Shown: piece after piece, positions 52,351-62,467 of the stretch
How positions within the stretch are numbered: position 1 is the stretch's first letter
Layout of the letters: every line of letters begins with the position of its first letter
Source of the DNA: Diplonema japonicum
Taxonomy: Eukaryota > Protista > Euglenozoa: Diplonemea
Assembly (NCBI GenBank): GCA_964019335.1
Contig: OZ025650.1
Span: 372,001-436,000 of the forward strand
Length of the DNA: 64,000 nt
Direction of reading: 5' to 3'
The notes under the pieces: generated by a model
The model's database searches: none
What the model was told of the DNA's origin: nothing
Seen by the model: the letters and a program-made list of their open reading frames with translations, nothing else
Made by a program: the position numbers and the translations under genes

Positions 52351-54190
52351 ATTTTTTTTTTTTTTTTTTTGTGTGTAGTTGACGGGGGGAGGGCCTGGTA
52401 CGATAGAAGATAGAAACAGATGGAGTGGGGTGGGGTGGGGGGGAATAAACGCTTTCAGGTGTAGCGTTCTCTCTCCCCTGAGAATGGAAAAAAAAAAAGT
52501 GGGGGGAATAAAATCTGCTTTTTTTTTTTAATATAAAAAAGATGTAGCTAACGCACCTACTTTTTTCATAACACCCCGTTACCTTTGGGGCTCAAGGAGG
52601 AGAGACAAAAAAAATCGATGAAGGGGCTTTTTTTGTTTTTGTTTGTCTGTGTGACCCCCCCCCCCCCCCCCCACCTCTCTCGAGCATTGTAGAGAATTGA
52701 GGCGTAGCAAAGAAACAAAAAAAAGCGGAACCGCAAACATACCATAAAAAAAAGGGGGAAGGGGGGGGGGAAAGAAAAAAAATCACTCTTTTTTTTTTTT
52801 AATTCTTCCTCTTTTTTTTTTCTTCTCCAATAGAGCCGCTCTTTTTACTAACAAATACATAAAGGAATCAACACAGATCGGAACGCTCTTACACCAGTGT
52901 GGGGCTTTTTCTTTTTTCTTTTTTTTCTCTCTCTTTCTCTCGCCCTGGTTGTAAAAATATTCCTTTTCACACAAACACAAAAAACTACAAAAAAAATGGG
53001 GTTTTTTTTTTCCTTCTTTTTTTCTCTCCTTTTTTTTACCAAGGAAAAGTCAATTTGAGCGCCTCCCCTCCCCTTCACGTTCAACAAGATAGCTCTCAGA
53101 CTCTAGACCTTCCTACTATTTTTTTTTTTTTTTTAATCCTCTTTTCAGTCCTTACCTTTACCCTTCCCGTCCAATATTGTCCGCAGCAAGGGAAGGGTTC
53201 ACCTTTGAGCACTTCGTTTTTTTTTTTTTTTAATTCAGGTCTACTGCTTTCGAGCATTTCGAGTTTAGTTTGAGCATTCTGCTTTTTTGTTCTTCTTTCG
53301 AAGAAAAAAAAAAGTAGGTGTCCATGCGTGATGGGGAGCATAGGGGGCGACCATCTTGACTTCCTTTTCCTTTTCTTTTTCCTTATAATCTTTTTTTTTC
53401 TTCTCCCTCTTTTTTTTATTTCCCCTTCTTCATTTTTTTCTCGTACTCAGAAAGAAGGGGGGTGGGGGTGGGGGGAGAAAGAAGAAAAAAAAAGAGCAGG
53501 AAGGGTGGATAAAGCTATCAAAATCTCCCGTATTTGTTGTTGCATTGACGCTCCAATATTTTTTTTTTCTTCATTTTCTTTTTTTTTTTTTAAATGGTTG
53601 GAATAAAGAAAGATTGTTGAGTTAAAACCAGTACAAATTTAAAGCACCAAAGTGCTTCCTGCTGGTTGTGGAATTTAGGGGGGAGTGGGGCAGGAGCCGG
53701 GCCCTTTGACTTGCCTGTACCTGTTAAGGAGAGCCGTACGCACTTTTCCAGATTTTGCTACGTGCGCGTAGGCGGACAGCGTAGCCCTAGGAGGGCTATG
53801 CTGGCAAGAAGCGGGGAAACGTTTCCGTTTCCTTGTTTTAAAAAAAGTGCGAATCAAGTAGTTTTCGAGTAGTTTTCGTACCTCCCTCACCCCCTTTTTT
53901 TATTTTCTCTTTTTTTTTTTCAGGTATAGAAGTATACCGTATTTTTTAAAGAATTAAAATTTGAAACAGGTAGAAAGAAAAATTAATTTATCAAGTTTGT
54001 TTAATCAAGATCAATTTTCGTATTTTTTTTTCTTTCTTTTCTTTTTTTTTTTGCTTTGCGGGGTCTTTCTATAAAACTTTTAAATCAACTCAAAAAGAAT
54101 TCGGTACGGTTTATTGTGTATTTTTTTTTTTGAATTATATCAAACAGTATTGCCCTTTTTTTTTCTTCTCCTTTTTTTCCCCCGCCCCAT

Positions 54191-54758
54191 CTATCGCACT
54201 CTTTCACCTCTGTTTTGTAGAGCCAACCGGTACGTCAGCCTGTTGTGCGCAGCAACGAGGGAAGCATGAAAATCCACATATGATTCATAGTCGTCAGCCT
54301 CAGGGGCCGGGGTCAGAGTCGGAGGTGGGGGTGGGTCTTGAACGGAAGCTTGCAACGGTCGCGGACAACGGTGCTCCTCCTTGGAGCCTTCCCTTGCTGT
54401 CGCTGTGCCCCCTTCAAGCTTTTTCCGTTTTTTTGCGACTTTTTTGATGCGTGTCCGACAGTACGGGCACTTCAGCGATCTATTCAGCCACATCATTATG
54501 CACTCCCTGTGGAACATGTGGTTGCAAGGGTGCAACTTCTTCGCATTTCGGTCAGCTGGTGTCATCTCGTCAAAGCAGATACAACATGTCTGCAAGTGGG
54601 ATTTAACAAACAAACAAAACAAAAACAAAAAAAGCAATACCGTGTTCCCCTTACGGAGATCTTCTTCTGTTGCGTCTGCGATCCATCTATCGAGCTTCTT
54701 GGCAATCGTTGCATGGAGTTGGATGTTGTACATCTCGTGACGCAGACGGGCCAACTGT

Positions 54759-54790
<32 letters not shown>

Positions 54791-55573
54791 CTTCTCCCCC
54801 CCAGTTCATACCGCCACCACAAATGGTCTTATAATAAACACAGCTGGCACCAGTTTCGTCATGAACACTGCAGCGAACACAATGTGCAGCAGCAGCTTAA
54901 TCGACTGGTACACCAGCCGGATGCCTGACTTCTTCACGTGTGTGTTGTTCCACCTGTCTTCATGCATCAAGAAGACAGGGAGGGACCTCCTGACGCACTG
55001 GAAGAGCGTGTTCAGCGTGAGGGAAAGAATTTCGTGGAGGAGGAGAAGGTTGTAGCACTTTGCGGGCCGTATGGTGGAGGCCGTGTACAAGTTCACGGCC
55101 AACAAGAAGATCGGGATGGGGATGGCGGACAGAGGGATGTTAGGGGTGGTGCGCTGTTCCAGCTTCTCTGTGGTGGCCTCGGCTGCAAAGTGCATCGCAG
55201 ACCAGATAGCCAGCACACCAAGGACCACTAATGGGTCGGGGTCGATGATGGTGCTCGAATCCCATATTCCTATCACCGCTACTCCCGACAGCTGCTCTGC
55301 CAAACCGAACAGTCCACGGGCTACAATGCTCTCAACGTCCCGTAGCCCAAGGTCGCTGAAGAATATTTTTTGTATGGCCTTGCCCAGCAGGCATCCTATC
55401 AAGCAGAGTACCGCACTCATACAGTACTTCAGCAGCCCTATCCTCGAGGCCGTCACCATGGCAGGGTACCACTGCCCCCCATTCCCCCTTGTGAAGGAAC
55501 AGTCCCATACCACGGCGCATGTGAACAAAACCACAGCAAAGAGAAGCGTGCAAAGAAGCTTTGTGGTGATCAT
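54191..55573 (-). CDS. Multi-pass membrane RING-H2 E3 ligase (HRD1/gp78-like); 2 introns
   Basis: Hydrophobic N-terminus; DATEEDL..CCICFDEM..KKLHPCNHMFHRECI..W...CPYCR after splicing. Confidence 0.85.
54590..54640 (-). other. In-frame intron, 51 nt, U-rich
   Basis: GTATTG...TGCAG between EEDLRKGNT and TCCIC. Confidence 0.82.
54755..54811 (-). other. Intron, 57 nt, poly(A) body
   Basis: GTATGA...A-run...CACAG; removes a stop. Confidence 0.85.
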
Positions 55574-55716
55574 ATCATACCCTTAAAAAAAAAAAAAAAA
55601 AAGAAAAAAAAAACCCTCCTCCTGTTATATGATGACGGTTGGTTTCAAAGGGAGAAAAAAAAGAAGCAAGAATGAAGAAAAAAAAAAAAGAAAAAAAAAG
55701 GACACACGGGACAAGA

Positions 55717-56748
55717 CTACTCCTCGGATTTATGTACGAAGTAGTGTATTAGCATGACGGTGACGAGGATCGGAAAGTAGTGGAGGATGGAATACTGGTA
55801 CAGGAAACGGCGGATTTTCCCAGTGACGGTGGTGGACATAGAACGGAGCTGGGTAGAAGACCTGTTGAGAGCCTCGGTGGCTAGCGTGAGTCGGGATGAG
55901 TGGGTAGGGGAAAGGAGGACTGCTGAGCGAATCTCTTCAGCAACGCCAAGAGGGGGCTGCGGGTTGATGTAAGCCGCTATCCACAGCGCTAGTTGTGTCT
56001 TTGTACCTGGTAAAGGCCCGAGCTGAGAACGAACCACAGCAAGATGCGAAGGTGTGATCTCCCACCCACCCGTCTTGACCAGCTCTTCCCAATCCTCAAT
56101 TTTTTTCGAAACCTCTGCAACATTGCACGTTTCATCACCTTCACCAATACCCAACCATGACACCTTGGCAGTCATGTACCCGTGTGTTGTCCAACTGTCG
56201 ACCACGCTGAACACCCTTGTCCCGACACCTTCCACCAGATACCTTCCATTACGTTGTGTTTTGCATTCTGTGATTTCAATTTCACTTCCCACCTTGCACG
56301 GGTCGCCATCGGGGCCAATGCCTACCATGCCGAAGCAGGCTTTCTTTCCACTGTTTAAACAGTTTTCTATCATCACCTTGTACCTCGGCTCATACACGTT
56401 CAGCATCACAAACTGCTTCGGGAGGATCGAGTCCAGCACAAACACCGGAATGACGTCACGTTCATTCACCTCCCGCATGGCAGCTTCTTCTTCCTCTTTA
56501 CGTTCTGCATACCGCTCGGGTTTGGCGGCTTCTACCATTTTTTCTAGCAACAAGCACACCGGGAGGCCTTTGCCTCTGCCCGGAATCATACGTCTGCAGA
56601 AGGGGCATTTACAAGACACTTGTGAATCCGTATGCTCCCCTATAGACTCCAAACAAGGATTGCAGTACACGTGACCACACGGCAAGACCGTTGGTTTGTA
56701 ATACACATCATGGCACAGCGGGCATTGCAGTTCGTTATCAATGTCCAT
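55717..56748 (-). CDS. RING plus LON substrate-binding domain protein (LONRF-like)
   Basis: CPLCHD..PCGHVYC..C..CPFCR; IPVFVL..P....LNVYEPRYKVMI. Confidence 0.9.
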   Translation of the reverse strand: MDIDNELQCPLCHDVYYKPTVLPCGHVYCNPCLESIGEHTDSQVSCKCPFCRRMIPGRGKGLPVCLLLEKMVEAAKPERYAERKEEEEAAMREVNERDVIPVFVLDSILPKQFVMLNVYEPRYKVMIENCLNSGKKACFGMVGIGPDGDPCKVGSEIEITECKTQRNGRYLVEGVGTRVFSVVDSWTTHGYMTAKVSWLGIGEGDETCNVAEVSKKIEDWEELVKTGGWEITPSHLAVVRSQLGPLPGTKTQLALWIAAYINPQPPLGVAEEIRSAVLLSPTHSSRLTLATEALNRSSTQLRSMSTTVTGKIRRFLYQYSILHYFPILVTVMLIHYFVHKSEE

Positions 56749-57334
56749 CTTTCAATTGGTTTTTATTTATTTATTTATTTTCTCCCACACGAACGCCCCA
56801 ACCTTCTTATTCTTTTTTCTTTTAACGGGAATGGGGAAGGGAAATAAAAACACACTATCTTGTTCTTTTTTTTCTTTGTCCTTCTGAATTTACAAAAAAC
56901 AAAAAAAAAATTGAAAGAGGTGAGGAGAGAGAAAAAAAAAAAACTCGATGATTTAAAGGAAGCCGGTGGGGGCACCCTGCACAAGCACCATTTACTTGAT
57001 TACAGGGGGCGCACCTCGGCCTAGCTGTAGCTTCTTCTGCGTTCCGCGTCGTGTTAATGCGTGCAGCTCAACCCCAGCCGGGGCGCCCCGGGTAACCAAG
57101 ATTCTGAGCCCGTGTAGTTTGCTGCCTGTTCGCCACCCAGAGCATCTGCTTCTTCCACTTGGGCGCTACCGGTGATGACCGACGGGGAGGTCAACGCGAA
57201 CAACACATCTGATGTACTTCTTTATATTTCCATGTTATCCCCACCACCTAAAAAAATCTTGAAAAAAAAAATCTTCTCCAGATTTTCTTGATCTCTTCCC
57301 CCTCTTTTTTTTTTTTTTTTTTTTTTTTGGGCTC

Positions 57335-58369
57335 TCACGGCATCATGTAACACAGATCCAAGTTGATCTCCCCAGTACCAAAGTAGTATTGACCAAATAG
57401 ACGGCTGTTCGGCCGGTGGTAGAAGGCAGTACCCTGTTTGTTCAAGTTACTTTGCCCCATTGTGCATACCGGGTACATCAAATTCTTACCAACAACGACA
57501 CTGAGGGAGGGGTCATACTGTAAGGCCCAGACACCTTTGGGTGTGTCCGTAGAAAGTGGTTCAAGAAAGTCCGTTACTGGATTGTAAAACGGTGTAGCCT
57601 GCTGAGGGATGGTAGGGGTGGTGGGTGGCCTCATGTGACAGAACGAGGCCACACACTCCGCGTCACTGGCCTGAAGCCCAGAGAAGGTCTTGTTAACAGT
57701 AACCTTCTGGTTCTCCGTCAGTATGTACTGCCCACTGGGAACCACCCGGCATCTAAGGTTATGCTCCAACACAAAATGCGCAAGCCTCAGACTTTCCGCC
57801 ATGCCAACAACGACGACCTTTTTCTTTTTCTTTTTTGTGACTGTTTCTTCTTCGTCTTCTTCTTGCTTTTCTTCTTCCTTTTCTTCGACCTTTCCTTCCT
57901 CGTCGTCTTCTTCTTTTTCTTCTTCCTCCTCTTCACCTTCCTCTTCTTTTTCAGCCTTTTCAGGCTCCACAACAGGCGGCGGCAGTACTTCCTCGGCAAC
58001 GTGTTGTTTTACCTTATAACTGTAAACAGGGTCGCCCATGAATTTTCCTCTTATCTGTTCGCAGAAAAGCGATTGGCTATCGTCCAGTGTTTCAGGGAGA
58101 ATGGTCCAGTTGTGGCCGCCGTCGGTGCTGTAAAGGGTGCGGACGTTGCTGATTTCGCGGAGGGGGACTGAGCGGCCAGTCACAATGTTGGATGTCTGGG
58201 CCAGCAGGTAGTTGTTTTTCACCCCGAAGACTTTTCCCCAGAAGAACACCGGTACACCAAAATCCCTGCTCAGCACCGACAATGATGCAGACAAAGCACT
58301 CTGCTCCGCTATCGTCAAGACATGCCCCGTAAGCCCCGTGTACTCAAATGTACTTTGCAGGTCTGCCAT
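57335..58369 (-). CDS. RSPH9: Radial spoke head protein 9
   Basis: FWGKVFGVKNNYLLAQ, GKFMGDP, NKTFSGL, D.PKGVW, YFGTGEINLDL; 1 in-frame intron. Confidence 0.9.
   Translation of the reverse strand: MADLQSTFEYTGLTGHVLTIAEQSALSASLSVLSRDFGVPVFFWGKVFGVKNNYLLAQTSNIVTGRSVPLREISNVRTLYSTDGGHNWTILPETLDDSQSLFCEQIRGKFMGDPVYSYKVKQHVAEEVLPPPVVEPEKAEKEEEGEEEEEEKEEDDEEGKVEEKEEEKQEEDEEETVTKKKKKKVVVVGMAESLRLAHFVLEHNLRCRVVPSGQYILTENQKVTVNKTFSGLQASDAECVASFCHMRPPTTPTIPQQATPFYNPVTDFLEPLSTDTPKGVWALQYDPSLSVVVGKNLMYPVCTMGQSNLNKQGTAFYHRPNSRLFGQYYFGTGEINLDLCYMMP
57434..57469 (-). other. In-frame intron, 36 nt
   Basis: GTATGC...AAACAG; removal restores the YPG..FYH pattern. Confidence 0.85.
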
Positions 58370-59921
58370 TTCCTCCACCCACCCTCCCAAAAAAAAAAAA
58401 TGTGTAGCCTTTTTTTTTTATTTTACTTTTTGAAAAGGGTGGGAAAAAAAAAGGAAATAAAAGGGGTTGAAAACTTAAATGGAACAAAACATAATGGGGG
58501 TGGGGGTGGTGGAAAAAAAAAAGAAAAGAAGGGGGTGGGAAGAGAGGAAGAATAACCCCTTTTGTGCGCTCATTTCCTATTCTATCACTATAATTCTCAA
58601 TTCAATCTGTCAACCCCTCTCACTTGCTTTTCTCCTCCCTCCCCCTCCTTCTATTCTATGTTGTCCCGCTTTTTTTTTTTTTTAAATGCTTTTGCTAATT
58701 TCATTCGTTTTTCTAAGAATCTACTTTTAAAAAAATGGAAATAAGGAGAGGTAAAAAAAAAAAAAAACATTGGGACAAGTGAAGTAGAAGTATTGAAAAG
58801 GTAAACGGCGGAGAAAAAAGAATGGAACAATAGAGTGACAGAAAGGGGGGGGGGGGGGGGGGGGCGCAAGAAGAAGCTGAAGGAACAAGGACAGGGAACA
58901 GGTGCTTCCAACGACTCACCCTTTAAAAAAAAGGAGGGGGGAAAGACAAAAAAAAAAAGGAAAGGGCCCAAGATTTTGTGCTAAAGAGACTGGTTTGGCC
59001 TCTCTATCTGTGGGTGTGTTCCATCCCTCCCTTTTTTTTTTTTAAATCTCATCCTCCTCCTAAAAGTGTACATTGTCACAGAAATCAGCGGAAAAGGTAA
59101 CAAGCTATATATGAATGAAAAAAATGGGTGGGAGGGAGGGGGGGGAGAATGATTATTGCTACCTGTAGATGTTACCTACAGATGTGCTGCAATAACAATC
59201 CATATCCCCTCCCCCACCCCCGGCGGGTATTATTAAATATAGAACAAAAGAAAAGAACAGGAAAAAAAAAAATGGTGGCTGTCTTTACAATAAGTAAACA
59301 GGGGGTGATTCGCAATAACGTGGGGAAGAAGTGTTAGCAACGGCCCACCGCGACGGAAATAAAATAAAAAAAATAAAAATTAACAGATCCACCGATATTC
59401 TATCCCCTCGAGCCTTTTACTGGACCGCAAAAGGAGGGGGAAGCAAGAATAATGGGGAAGAAGGAACCACCAAAACATTTTTTTTTTTTTTTTCGAACAG
59501 CTAAACTCAGTACAAGCCACATTAACGGGCGGAAAGCAAAAATAAAATTCAAGCAATTTCTTTTTTTTTTTTATTCTTCAAAAAAAAAAAATCTGTCGTT
59601 TTTCATTCTGTTTTGCTGCTTTTTCTGTTCTTTAAAAAGGAGGTACGGTATTTTCTTGGAGAGAAAAGGGGGGGGGGGGGGGGGGAGAGCGATAGTAACT
59701 TGTGACAAGTTACATACACACACACAAAAGGTTAGATAAAAAGATACAATTGTTTCTTTTTTTTTTCATTCTTTATTTTTTTTAAAATTTCTTGTTCACT
59801 TGCTCGTCGCGCTCAGCAGACAAAGACATGAACAAGAAATATGGTTTTTTCTTTTTTTTTTCTCTTTTTTTTCTTTTTTGGTTTTTTTTTTTCTTTTTTT
59901 TTTGAAAAAAATAAAAAACAA

Positions 59922-60260
59922 CTACAGCGCAGCAAGCTCACGCATTTCCCTCTCTGTCACTCCGCCATCATCCTCCCCGTCGCACCCATCGAAGGAAGTT
60001 GGGTAAAGGAATTCTTGAAACTCCTCCAAGGAGACCTGCCCATCACGGTTGATGTCGATGCTGTCGACAAGGTCGTGGAGCTGTACCTCTGTCAGATTGC
60101 ATCCCTGGTTCTTAAGCATCGCCTTGAGTTCGGGCACCTGCAGAAACCCGTCATTGTTGAAGTCTGCCTGTTGGAAGGCAGACAGGGTTCTACTGCTGAT
60201 TCCCCTAGCCTGCGACACGGCCTTCACACTGTGTCTGGGGATTGCGCACAACATTCTGTA

Positions 60261-60263
<3 letters not shown>
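59922..60263 (-). CDS. Small two-EF-hand protein with putative mitochondrial presequence
   Basis: MYRMLCAIPRHSVKAVSQARGISS; DFNNDGFLQVPE, DINRDGQVSLEE. Confidence 0.85.
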
Positions 60264-60294
<31 letters not shown>

Positions 60295-60993
60295 TGTAGT
60301 GTTTTAGAACTGTTATTATTTTTTTTTTCGATTTTCATTCAATGTTTAAAAAATATATAAAAAACAATTTCTTTTGGAAAAAAAATTCTGTGATTGGAAA
60401 AAAAAAAAAAAAAGAGAGAGATGACACGCAACGTGCCTTGACGGGTGCACAAAGGGAGTAGGGGGAGGGACGGGACAGCATGTCTGAGAAGATGAAAAAG
60501 AGGGAAAGACAAAAAAAAAAAAGATTTTGACAAAGACGCGAGGGGAAGGGGGGGCTTTTGTTGTATGGTTTGACGGAAGAAAAGTAATACATAAAATAAA
60601 AGTAAAAAAGGGTTTTTATTCAGAAGGAGGATCGGTGCGTGGGGATATCCGGCCCGACCTCCTCCTGCAGTGACTTGCCCTTGAAACTTGTCCAACCACT
60701 TTTAGACTACATCCACTGGAGAACTGCTTCTTTTTTTTTTCTCGTCCTCCTTCTTCCCCTTCTTCAACATTTGTTTGGCCTCCTAACGGAACGCAGAGAT
60801 TTGAGACTTCAAAATGTCTACATCTCACATTTTCCCACTTTTTTTTTTCTTCTTCCTCTCCACTCCTGATCCTTTCCTCACACCCCTCCATTCATTTACA
60901 ACAAAATTACTAACATTTTGATATAAAATAAAACAAAAAACAAAAGGAAATAACATTTTTTTCGATATGGTACATACCCCCCCCACTTTTTTT

Positions 60994-62112
60994 TCAACGC
61001 ACTTGAATCGTGGCAAATTGAAGATCGGGCACGAGCAGTGGCTCGTTCGCAGCAGCCTGCTCCACAAAAAACTCGACAATATCTTCGGCGAAGGCCCTGT
61101 ATTGTTTTTTTTTTTTTTTTTTTTTTTTTTATTTCCCCCGTTCTGCATACTTTGTTTCCGGGCACTTGTTCCGGAACGAAGGGTCAACATTCACCTCCAG
61201 CAAGTACGGCCTCAAGGTGCCACTAGCCGTCACGGAGGGTATGTAATCAAAGGCCAAATGGTTGAAGAGACCAGAGTCTTGGTTTTGTATCGGGGCAGGA
61301 AGGCCTTTTTTATCCCAATGCCGGATCATAGCCTTGACCACCTTCAGACTGGACTGCAGCGCTTGAGCCCAGACTGTCTTGTAATGGACCCAGTCAGAGG
61401 TGGAGGCGAATACGTTTGCAGTGCTGTGCTCCACATCGGCATCGCGTTCAGTGGAGTTTTCTGTGTATGCAACTTGCATGATGTTAGCACGAAGGCGCCG
61501 GCTGACATGCAACCAGATGTCGCCAGAATGGTTTACTGTCAGGACGGCCCACATACGGAGCAGCATTTTTTTACCATCGTGGAGGTAAAGGTCTGGGACT
61601 TGTTCTTGGATTACGTATCGGTGCCAGTCCTCTTTGCCCTTCTCAACGGCTACACAGTGGTTGTATGCCTCTGCGGCATTGGGGAAGCATGTGACGCCTT
61701 TCCGTGCATTCAGGTGACTCACCTTCACATACCACTTGCTGTTCCCCAGCGCTTCCCGGTTTGAGAGGAATGTTCGTTGAAACGACTCGAAATTGAAGAA
61801 GGTGATTGGTGCCACTTCCGTGATCCCATCCCTTACTAGTAACTTTGCTAGGCTCACCTTGCCGCCTAAACAATCCATGTTGCTCTTTGGTATCAACTTC
61901 CATGATGCTCCGCATTTACATCCGCGGGATTTTTGGACATAGCATATGCCGCCCTGTTTGCAGGCTTCGCACCCCATGGACGCCGGCTCCGACTGCCATC
62001 CTCTGTTCGCGAGGATCCTTATTATGTGCTTTTTCTTCCAACAGCTGTGATACACCTTTCTTCCCATTCGGCTCTCGGGGTCTTCATACGAGCTGCTGCT
62101 GTACACAGACAT
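60994..62112 (-). CDS. Tubulin-tyrosine ligase family ATP-grasp protein; 1 intron
   Basis: WYVK, YVIQEQV..LYLHDGKK..LRMW, AFDYI, PYLLEVNVDPS. Confidence 0.88.
61097..61150 (-). other. Intron, 54 nt, poly(A) body
   Basis: GTATGC...A-run...TACAG; gives the helix KAFAEDIVEFFV. Confidence 0.82.
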
Positions 62113-62162
62113 TCTTTTTTTTCTTCTTATTGTAATGATGATATTTGTGTGTGTGTGCGCGT

Positions 62163-62198
<36 letters not shown>

Positions 62199-62467
62199 TG
62201 TGGGTTTCTTTTTTTTTCACCCTGTTGTTGTTTTATTATTATCTTTTCTTTTTCTTCTTCTTTTTTTTGTATTTTATATATAATGAACAAGGAAAAAGGG
62301 AAAACGAGAATGGAAAAAAAAGAAGAAAAAAATCCCGGATTGATATGACAAATATTTAAATTGTTTTCTTGTTTTTTTTTTTTTTAAAAGAGGAACAAAA
62401 AAAGGCATGTGTGGAAGAAAAGCAGGGGGGAGGGTTTGACGAAGGGTAAAAATAAATGGTTTCATTC

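Noticed and set aside
56960-57230. Small coding exon or recombinase fragment
   Set aside because: No ATG-initiated minus-strand frame and no convincing motif
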